A stretch of 64,000 bases of DNA from Candidatus Ratteibacteria bacterium (lineage in GTDB: Bacteria; Ratteibacteria; UBA8468; B48-G9; JAFGKM01): NCBI GenBank assembly GCA_046296715.1, contig JBKBIN010000001.1, positions 1 through 64,000 of the forward strand, given 5' to 3'. The translations under genes and the position numbers were made by a program. Shown here piece by piece: positions 10,283 through 18,028 of this stretch. The notes under the pieces were generated by a model, which saw only the letters and a list, made by a program, of their open reading frames with translations, was not told the origin of the DNA and did not search any database. How positions within the stretch are numbered: the first letter of the stretch is position 1; the number at the start of each line of letters is the position of its first letter.

Positions 10283-10791
10283 ATATAACAAAGTTCAAAA
10301 TAAGAACATTTTCTACAATAAGGTTTATTTATAACTTCTGGCGGCTTTTCTTGATTTATAATTTCATTTATCTTAACTAATGCCTCTTCTATTTTCTTTT
10401 TGTCCTCCTCTGAATATTCAACATCAAGTTTTTTAAAGATTTTGGGATAATGAATTATACCACGAGAACAATTTAATCCCAAATTTTTTAACCTATAAAT
10501 ATAATACTTCACCTGCCAGATATGGCTTTCTTCAAGTTTTTTTGATTTTTTAACCTCATTTACTATAATTTCATTCCCAACTTTTATATAATCAATCTTT
10601 AAATTTCCAACCTCAATTTCTTTATATTTCTCCCTTTTAAAACTTTCTTCACTTATGATTTTTCCAATAAGAACATAATCAGAAAATTCCTCCATTTCTA
10701 TATTATGAGAAAAAAACCATAATTTCCTTTTACATACAATGTAATAAGCAACCTGAGTGCCTGTTATTGCTTCTTCAACTAAATCATTCAT
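10279..10791 (-). CDS. cas4: Cas4 exonuclease
   Basis: TGTQVAYYIVCKRKLW, EVKKS, C-terminal CRKCSYFELC. Confidence 0.95.
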   Translation of the reverse strand: MNDLVEEAITGTQVAYYIVCKRKLWFFSHNIEMEEFSDYVLIGKIISEESFKREKYKEIEVGNLKIDYIKVGNEIIVNEVKKSKKLEESHIWQVKYYIYRLKNLGLNCSRGIIHYPKIFKKLDVEYSEEDKKKIEEALVKINEIINQEKPPEVINKPYCRKCSYFELCYI

Positions 10792-10802
10792 TTTTAACTA
10801 CA

Positions 10803-13268
10803 TTAAAGTATATACTCGGATTTCTTTGGAATCCAAATTCCTTCACAATATCTATTTATTTTTTCTTTCAACTCTTTGGATAGGTCAAGCATTGTTAGTA
10901 ATTCCTTTGAAAGGGGTTCAAGTTGATGTTCTTTATATCTCCACATATTATCATTTATCACATACTCAGCGATTATATCTTTTTTAAACCAGAGCCATGT
11001 AATATCTTTATTTTGGTTTATTTCCTCTACAATTTTTTGTTTTATTTCGTTAACTTTCTCTTCATCTACTAAGGAAATTGTATAAATTTCTCTGAATAGT
11101 TTATGAGCTTCTTCTTTGTTTTCAGAACAATAACCTGAGTTAAGGATTCGGATGGTTTCATAAAATTTATTTATATACTTAGAATTTTCAGGATTACTAT
11201 AAACTTCTTCCACCAATTTCTGTTTTTCTTTTTCTTTTATTTCTGTTTTGTTTTTTAAAGCATCCAGCGTTTTAGAAAGTAATTCTTTTTCATACACTCT
11301 ACCTTTCCCTGACTCTATAATTGAATCTTTTTCTTGAGTATAATAAATATAAACATTCGGTTCTAAATTTGGATAGAATTTATCGTAATCAAATTCTTCA
11401 TCTATATTTTTAATTTTATTAGTAAGTATATCTACTCTTCGCATCACCCTTCCCATTCTCTGGATTAAAGAATCGATTGGGGCAATCTCTGTAAATAAAT
11501 AGTCTGCATCAATATCAAGGGAAGCTTCAACTACCTGGGTTGAAACGAGGATTTTGGGCTCTTTTTCTTCTTCTGGTTTTGGATTTTTAAATTTCTCTTC
11601 TATCTCTTTTTCTTTTTTTCTTCTTTCATTTAATGTGAATCGGGAATGAATTAAATCAAGAAATATATTGTCATTCTTAATATTTGATTTCTTTAATATT
11701 TCGTTATAGATCTCCTTTGCTTTATCAATAGTATTTAGAACAACCAACACTCTTTTGCCTTCATTTGCTTTATTTATAATTTCATCTACATCTTCAGCTA
11801 TATCCTTATTTTTAAGTTCAATTTTGTGCTTTGAACCTGTGTTTATTTTTATTCCAATTTTATTATCATCTTTATAACAATCTATTACTTCTTCATCTTT
11901 AACCACATTTTTTTCCTCCAAATAATCCTTTACAAATTTTGGCAAAGTAGCAGTCATAAGTAAAAATTTCCCACCAAGTGAAACAATATCTTCAATCATT
12001 CTAACAACAATTGCACATGCTTTCGGGTCATATGCCTGAACTTCATCAATTATAAGTTTTGAATATCCTAAAGTTGCATAAATTTTTTCATATTGAGGAT
12101 ATTTTAAGCCAGCAGGAAAAATCTGGTCTCCTGTGCAGATATTAACAGGTAAAGAAAAATATCTTGATAGGTCAAAAATTCTTGGAGTTTCACCTTCTTC
12201 TTCCTTTTTATAAATTTCTGATTTTTCAAGTAAATAAAGGTCAGCATCTGAATGTAAAAGTCCAATATTTTCATTTATAAATGGATCTTCTGAACTATCT
12301 TGGGTCTCATTGAAATAATCACATGCTCTCTCAAACATCTGATTTGTTGCAACTCTTATGGGGAGTGTATAGAAAAACTTTTCTCCTTCTGCCCATAAAA
12401 AAGCAAATTCTGTTTTACCTATACCTGTTGGAGCAATTAAAATAAGATTTTTATCTTTCAAATTGTTTGCTTCTTTTTGCCAGAAATTCTCACCAAATTT
12501 TTGTTTTAATATCTCATTTATCCTTTTTCCCGGAATATTTTTTTCAACTTCATATAAAGAGATTTTATTTTCTTTCTCTACAAAAGATATAAAATGGTCT
12601 ACTCGCATCAAAAAACCTGAAAGAAAAACCCAAAGGTTTAGATTAATTTTCATTTGCATTTCTAATCTTAATCTTTCTGGTAGAAAATAGAGTGTATATG
12701 GAGGAATGATGTTAGTACTTAATAAACTACCATCTTTTTCAAGATGCCTTGCAAGATGCTCGTCAAAGGAAATGAGGTCTTCTGCTTTATAGCCATCTAT
12801 GCAGAAATCCCCAAAATGCTCTTTTAAGATGGTGGCAAGCTTATCGCAATATCCTTCTTTTAATAATAATTCTGATGCCTTTTTCAAGTCCTCATTTATA
12901 TTTAAAAGATATTCCTTTTCATCTACTTTCCAGTGGTGAAATGCAATGGCAGAAAGAAAGGTTGTGTAAAGAGCTTCATCGTTGTTGCATATTTCTTTTA
13001 CTTTTTCCTTGTTAATAAAAAATAATGAGAAAATATTATGGCGTATATCAGGAAAATCATTTATTTTTGGCTCAAAACTTTCATTTCCCATTCTTTCCTG
13101 AAATTTAGGGGAAACTTTACCTAAATCATGGAAAAATACAGCAAAGGAAAGCAATGTTTTTAAATCAGGAATATTTAATTTTCCATAAGGCAATTTATCA
13201 ATTGCTTTTAATACATCTTCTGTATGTTCTCTTAAACTTAATTTATTAGATTTCGCATATATTTCCAT
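10803..13268 (-). CDS. cas3: Cas3 HD nuclease-helicase
   Basis: LREHT, FHDLGK, AFHH; APTGIGKT, IIDEVQ, MTAT, TQVVEASLDIDAD, QRMGRV. Confidence 0.97.
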   Translation of the reverse strand: MEIYAKSNKLSLREHTEDVLKAIDKLPYGKLNIPDLKTLLSFAVFFHDLGKVSPKFQERMGNESFEPKINDFPDIRHNIFSLFFINKEKVKEICNNDEALYTTFLSAIAFHHWKVDEKEYLLNINEDLKKASELLLKEGYCDKLATILKEHFGDFCIDGYKAEDLISFDEHLARHLEKDGSLLSTNIIPPYTLYFLPERLRLEMQMKINLNLWVFLSGFLMRVDHFISFVEKENKISLYEVEKNIPGKRINEILKQKFGENFWQKEANNLKDKNLILIAPTGIGKTEFAFLWAEGEKFFYTLPIRVATNQMFERACDYFNETQDSSEDPFINENIGLLHSDADLYLLEKSEIYKKEEEGETPRIFDLSRYFSLPVNICTGDQIFPAGLKYPQYEKIYATLGYSKLIIDEVQAYDPKACAIVVRMIEDIVSLGGKFLLMTATLPKFVKDYLEEKNVVKDEEVIDCYKDDNKIGIKINTGSKHKIELKNKDIAEDVDEIINKANEGKRVLVVLNTIDKAKEIYNEILKKSNIKNDNIFLDLIHSRFTLNERRKKEKEIEEKFKNPKPEEEKEPKILVSTQVVEASLDIDADYLFTEIAPIDSLIQRMGRVMRRVDILTNKIKNIDEEFDYDKFYPNLEPNVYIYYTQEKDSIIESGKGRVYEKELLSKTLDALKNKTEIKEKEKQKLVEEVYSNPENSKYINKFYETIRILNSGYCSENKEEAHKLFREIYTISLVDEEKVNEIKQKIVEEINQNKDITWLWFKKDIIAEYVINDNMWRYKEHQLEPLSKELLTMLDLSKELKEKINRYCEGIWIPKKSEYIL

Positions 13269-13269
13269 C

Positions 13270-14115
13270 TTATCCTCCTGGATAAATCATCTTGCAAAAG
13301 AAAAGAGGAATACTAAGTTCTTCATCAATTATAAAATTAAAAGGTTTATCAAAATAAAACGGAAAATCACCTTGTTCAAAAAGTTTTACTGGAACATATT
13401 CAAAATTTCTAAAACCATCTTTTATTTCGTAAAATGATGTGATTAAATGAGAACCCCCTTTTATTTTCTGAAAAATTTTTTCAAAATTTTCATCATAGAG
13501 TTTATTATCAATATAACTTTTTCCTCTTTCAGGGTCGGGAATCCATGTGTAATAATTAAATTTTCCATAAAAGGGTTGTTTGTTTTGTTCATTTATTTCT
13601 ATAATTTTTATTGATTCATCAGGATTTCCCTCAAAAACAATCCAATCTTCTGCTCTTCCAAGATGTAATGGATAAATTCTATTTTCTGGATTTTTAAAGG
13701 CATTTTCAATCTCTTTGAGGAAATTTTCATTGGTATGGTGAATATAAATTATTAGTTTAACATTTTCTAATACATCTATTCTTGTTGGCATCTGACCACC
13801 TGGATGTTCTGGCATCTGGTCAAATATTCTATTTTCCGGAGAACCAAATCTTGATTTATGAGAATCAATTTCCAAATTTCTAAACCACACATATTCTCTT
13901 ATCATTGATTCAAATTTGCCATAAATAGCAAGAGATAAACTTTCTTTTAGCTTTTTAAAATTTTCATCATTCTGATCCCTTATCCCCAAAACATTGCAGA
14001 TTAATCCGATTACTGTTGAATAAGGAGGAATAGGATATGTATGTCTTCTTGCAAATGTAAATGGGATTCTATAATGAGCATGCGGTTGATAAATTTTCAA
14101 TCTTAAAACTTTCAT
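13270..14115 (-). CDS. cas5: Cas5, type I-B (Cas5t-like)
   Basis: AHYRIPFT, TYPIPPYSTVIGLI, LHLGRAED. Confidence 0.92.
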   Translation of the reverse strand: MKVLRLKIYQPHAHYRIPFTFARRHTYPIPPYSTVIGLICNVLGIRDQNDENFKKLKESLSLAIYGKFESMIREYVWFRNLEIDSHKSRFGSPENRIFDQMPEHPGGQMPTRIDVLENVKLIIYIHHTNENFLKEIENAFKNPENRIYPLHLGRAEDWIVFEGNPDESIKIIEINEQNKQPFYGKFNYYTWIPDPERGKSYIDNKLYDENFEKIFQKIKGGSHLITSFYEIKDGFRNFEYVPVKLFEQGDFPFYFDKPFNFIIDEELSIPLFFCKMIYPGG

Positions 14116-14128
14116 TATTTATCTCCCT

Positions 14129-14722
14129 TTAAATTTTTGCAAATTCTTTTACAAAAAAATTTTTAATTTCCTTCCAGTTTATTTTTTTAAGCAAAGGGAT
14201 TTCTGGCTCTTTTTCTGCATCTTCAAAATAGGTAAGAGATTTTTTGATCACAAGTTCATCATAATTACCAAATTTTTTCTTGAAAAATTCTATCGCTTTA
14301 TCACCGCTTAATTTTAATTCTTTCATAATGAAATAAACATCCACAAAATCTTTTCTACTCCCCCTTGAGATTATTGCACTGATTTTCATAGCGAGGATAT
14401 CTTCTAAACTGGCAATCTTGATCAAATCTAAATTTTGTAATGGTTTTAACAATGGATATGGATAGTGAAAAAAAGAAAGATTTATTCCTTCTACTTTTGC
14501 GTGGATTGTATTCTCTGAGATCAATTTTATCTCCTGAGATAAAAAATTTGGCTGAAATTTTCTGAAATCAATATTTTTCTCTGTAAAAAAGTCAAGGTCA
14601 ATGGAGTATCTATGTGAAAGATAGTAATAAACAGCCGTTCCTCCTGCAAGATAAAAATTACCTTCTTCAAAAACTGGATAAATTTTTTCTATTACCTTTT
14701 TATGCTTTCTGATTAGTTTCAT
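14129..14722 (-). CDS. AbiEii/AbiGii-type nucleotidyltransferase (type IV TA toxin-like)
   Basis: FYLAGGTA, HRYSIDLDFF, MKISAI, RGSRKDFVDVY, KSLTYFEDAE; ATG 14722 preferred over 14782. Confidence 0.85.
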   Translation of the reverse strand: MKLIRKHKKVIEKIYPVFEEGNFYLAGGTAVYYYLSHRYSIDLDFFTEKNIDFRKFQPNFLSQEIKLISENTIHAKVEGINLSFFHYPYPLLKPLQNLDLIKIASLEDILAMKISAIISRGSRKDFVDVYFIMKELKLSGDKAIEFFKKKFGNYDELVIKKSLTYFEDAEKEPEIPLLKKINWKEIKNFFVKEFAKI

Positions 14723-15008
14723 CTTTAATTTCAAAGCAAAGTCTCCAGAAATTAAGAGATTGTGTTGAAAGAAGTTTCCCATATTTTTTTAAAAAATTTT
14801 TTATTTTCTCAGAACCTATAAGTGAAAGGAGCGTCTTTACCTGTTCTTTATTACCAATTTCAAGAACCCTTGCAATTACAAAGGGGGAATCTAAATTTCT
14901 TACCACTGATTCCCACTTGTAGTCCCAGAAAAGGTCTTTAAGGATTTTAATTGTGTTTTTGTTTTTAGGTTTCATTTCAGAATTAAAACAGCGATTATTT
15001 ACTTCCAT
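14700..15008 (-). CDS. Small DUF6922-like protein, putative antitoxin partner of the AbiEii gene (alternative start 14975)
   Basis: LFWDY...FVIARVLEIG...LNFW pattern; overlaps the downstream NTase gene. Confidence 0.7.
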   Translation of the reverse strand: MEVNNRCFNSEMKPKNKNTIKILKDLFWDYKWESVVRNLDSPFVIARVLEIGNKEQVKTLLSLIGSEKIKNFLKKYGKLLSTQSLNFWRLCFEIKDETNQKA

Positions 15009-16614
15009 CTTTTCTTTTATAGAATAGCCAATTATCTATGAATTCATTCCAATCGGTTATACTATTTTTAGCAATAAAATTTTGATCTATGGCTTGAGGT
15101 TCTCGTGATTCTATAAAAACAAGTGGTTTTCTTTCGCCTTCTTCCCTTTCGATCCATCCATTTTTAATTGCATTTTTTAGAAGGTCTTCTCTTATCTTAA
15201 ATCTCGGTCTATGGTTCTGCTTGTAAAATTCAATATCTACAAAAGAGTGGAAAACAGGCACAGGAAGTTTTGTGACCCCAGCTATAAGAAACAGAGGCAC
15301 AATTCCGGGAGATTCACCAGAGGAATGATAGTATAAACCATTATAAATTGCATTGAGTACTTCCCTTATTCTTTTTTCCTTTTCATTCTGATGTAAAATG
15401 AAAAATACTTTCTTACCTTCTATTTTAACGATGCCAGCTTCTTCATTAAGTACTATTTTCAATTTACCATTTAGGTATAAAGGATTTTCTTTAATTTCAC
15501 CTATTTCTTTATTTTGAATATAAACCTTACGTTTTTTATCTTTTTCATCTTCTTTCATTTCAATTATAAGAATATGTGTTCCTTCCACAGATTTATATTT
15601 TTTATCTTTCTCTATCTCATCCACATTTCTGAAAGTAAGCACTTTATTATATACTTTATATTCTTTATTTTCCTGAACTTCATCAACTTCCTCAATAGTT
15701 TGAGAAAGCCCTAATGCCAATATAAGTTTTTTTGTTTCTTTCTCTAATTTAGGCTCAATGTGAAGATATGGGAAAACATAGATTGTTTCTCCATTTTCTT
15801 CTATCCGTACAACGTTTGTAAATTCTTTTTTTTCTTTTCCACTTACTTTAATATTGTCACTTTTTATCTTAAGAATTCCTTCTTTTTCATTATATTCTTC
15901 TATGACTTTTTCTTTTAGAGGTTTAAAATATAGCATCCTTTCTTTTTCCCAAATTTCAAATTCCTCTTTCACAGACCACATTTTTCCTTTACCTTCTTCA
16001 TCTTTTTCTTCAATGTTTTCAATCGTAAATTTTTTGCCTTTTTTTATAAATAAAGTAAGGTTTTTGGATTTATCATCATGTCTAAACTCTTCAATGTCAA
16101 ATGAATCACTACCAATTTTATCTATGTCAAGGGTGAAACTAACTTTAAAAAATGATTTACCTTCTTCTCTATTCACAGGAATCGGAGTAGCACCAGATCT
16201 TTGAGCCAAATCATGATTCGCATTAAGCCCCATATCGCCTTCCCAATTTTCAAAAGCAATTGCTTTTGTTATACCTAACGGCGCTTTCCGAGTAAGACTT
16301 AATTGACCACCAACTGTAAACATATAGCCAAAAATATCCAATTCGGCAGAAGATATTATATTGGAACTGAGTAGATCGAATTGAACGATTTGCGTTTTAC
16401 CTTCTTTTAAAACTCGTAGAGGAGCTGGAACCCAGCCATAACCCCTTACAAGAGTTGTGAAAAGATAATGTCTAAGAGCGTATTTTGAAATATATGGATA
16501 TGTATTTTTCCACCCTCTTGTTAATTTTTTTATTGAGAGCACATTTCCTACTTTTTCATCTCTATTCAAAGCATCTGCCTCAAATAGAATCGTTATAGTA
16601 ATTGCGTTTTTCAT
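14995..16614 (-). CDS. cas7: Cas7 (Cst2/DevR family) with a ~235-aa insertion
   Basis: ALNRDE, SIKKL, ISKYALRHY, ELDIFGYMFT, TRKAPLGITKAIA, TLDIDKIG ... EKEKRIREVLNAI, PLFLIAG. Confidence 0.88.
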   Translation of the reverse strand: MKNAITITILFEADALNRDEKVGNVLSIKKLTRGWKNTYPYISKYALRHYLFTTLVRGYGWVPAPLRVLKEGKTQIVQFDLLSSNIISSAELDIFGYMFTVGGQLSLTRKAPLGITKAIAFENWEGDMGLNANHDLAQRSGATPIPVNREEGKSFFKVSFTLDIDKIGSDSFDIEEFRHDDKSKNLTLFIKKGKKFTIENIEEKDEEGKGKMWSVKEEFEIWEKERMLYFKPLKEKVIEEYNEKEGILKIKSDNIKVSGKEKKEFTNVVRIEENGETIYVFPYLHIEPKLEKETKKLILALGLSQTIEEVDEVQENKEYKVYNKVLTFRNVDEIEKDKKYKSVEGTHILIIEMKEDEKDKKRKVYIQNKEIGEIKENPLYLNGKLKIVLNEEAGIVKIEGKKVFFILHQNEKEKRIREVLNAIYNGLYYHSSGESPGIVPLFLIAGVTKLPVPVFHSFVDIEFYKQNHRPRFKIREDLLKNAIKNGWIEREEGERKPLVFIESREPQAIDQNFIAKNSITDWNEFIDNWLFYKRKDGSK

Positions 16615-16913
16615 AATTCACCTCCTTCAGTTTCTTTTTCACCCAGAATGGGTGTTAAAAATGAAAAGATTAAAGTTTTAAAATATTCATCATTTTCTGG
16701 TTTAAATGCCTCTACGAGTTCATCAGGGAACTTTTCTTCATTTGCTTTAAAACACCTTAAAAGCATATAAAAAACATTGTCTTTATTACCAAGCCTTACC
16801 TGTTCAAGAAGACGAAATCCAATATCATTTATGGATTTTGCCACATCTTTTGATACTCTGTGTCCTTCTTGTTTTAATTTCCATACCAGTGTGTCTATAT
16901 ATTTCTCACCCAT
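16611..16913 (-). CDS. Stand-alone small subunit (Cas11-like; resembles the C-terminal helical domain of Cas8a1/Cst1)
   Basis: Between cas8 and cas7; helical; IGFRLLEQVRLGNKDNVFYMLLR...FKTLIFSFL; own RBS GGAGG. Confidence 0.65.
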   Translation of the reverse strand: MGEKYIDTLVWKLKQEGHRVSKDVAKSINDIGFRLLEQVRLGNKDNVFYMLLRCFKANEEKFPDELVEAFKPENDEYFKTLIFSFLTPILGEKETEGGEL

Positions 16914-18003
16914 ATTTTACCTCCGTTTTTAAAATTTTTATAATTTTTGCATAAAGTTCTGGTAAAAGATTTGAAATTTTTAAAAGATGCGTTATGTCTA
17001 GATAATTGTTAACATAATTTGTAACAGGGTCATTTTCATTTAATTTCTCATTATTTTTCAATTTTAAAAATGCTCTCAAAACAAAATAATTTGCCTTTTC
17101 AAGTTCTGAAAACTTTCCATTCAAAACCAAATCAAAAATCTTTTCCTCTCCAATCCTGTTTATTAAATCTGCAATTTCCCAGTCAAGCAATATCTTTGTA
17201 ATATGATAAGGAAGATCAAAGTAGTCAATGATTGTTTCCGATTTATTAGGTGCTGTTCTCACACTCCTTTTTATTACTACTTCAATATTCATCATTGTCC
17301 ATGCACCAAGTAATGCTCTTCTTTTGATTGCCCACTGGAGAAGGGATGTTCCAAGAAGTTTTCTAAGTTGGTATTTTTTTTGCATTTGTAAAATTTGTTC
17401 AGCAAATTTATTTAAATCCCGGGTAATATTAAAATAAGGAGTATTTATGAATATTTCAATGCTATTTTTTTCTTCAAAAGTAATAAAAGGAATGTGGTGG
17501 CACATAAGTATAAATTGACACTTGGAACAAACAAATTCTCTCGATTCCATCATCCAATATGTATTAGGAAATGTCTTTTCCGAAGCTAAAAGGATGTTAC
17601 CAAAAGTCTGCTTTAATACTTTTATTTCGCTCTTCGAAGTTTCCTCTGCTTCTCCACAAAAATGACAATTAAGTGTAAAAGTTTTTCTTCTGCTTTGCTG
17701 TTTCTTTTGAAATCCAATAAAAGTTGAAATTTTATCTTTTATACTTTTTTCAGTTTGGTTAGAGTAATAATATTTCTGCGTGCCACCACCTTTTCCTTCA
17801 TAAGAAATTCTAAGATTCTTCTTAGTTATCTCATCCCATTTTTTAAAGATTTCTTCATCATCCAATCCATCTAATTTTATTTCAACAAACTCTTCACATT
17901 TGTATTTCTTATTTATTTCCTCCAAAACCCTTAAAAATCCTACGACACCTGCATTATAGAGCCAGTTGGATGGATAAAGAGTTATTTGATTTTCTCCATT
18001 CAT
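16906..18003 (-). CDS. cas8: Cas8 large subunit (Cas8a1/Cst1, CXXC-CXXC family), lacking the C-terminal domain
   Basis: LYPSNWLYNAGVVGFLRVL, CHFCG, FPNTYW, CSKC. Confidence 0.8.
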   Translation of the reverse strand: MNGENQITLYPSNWLYNAGVVGFLRVLEEINKKYKCEEFVEIKLDGLDDEEIFKKWDEITKKNLRISYEGKGGGTQKYYYSNQTEKSIKDKISTFIGFQKKQQSRRKTFTLNCHFCGEAEETSKSEIKVLKQTFGNILLASEKTFPNTYWMMESREFVCSKCQFILMCHHIPFITFEEKNSIEIFINTPYFNITRDLNKFAEQILQMQKKYQLRKLLGTSLLQWAIKRRALLGAWTMMNIEVVIKRSVRTAPNKSETIIDYFDLPYHITKILLDWEIADLINRIGEEKIFDLVLNGKFSELEKANYFVLRAFLKLKNNEKLNENDPVTNYVNNYLDITHLLKISNLLPELYAKIIKILKTEVKYG

Positions 18004-18028
18004 ATAAAACCCTTTTGTTTTAACAAAA

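Noticed and set aside
15400..16104. Intein as the explanation for the Cas7 insert
   Set aside because: No C-terminal His-Asn followed by Cys/Ser/Thr and no LAGLIDADG motif recognised
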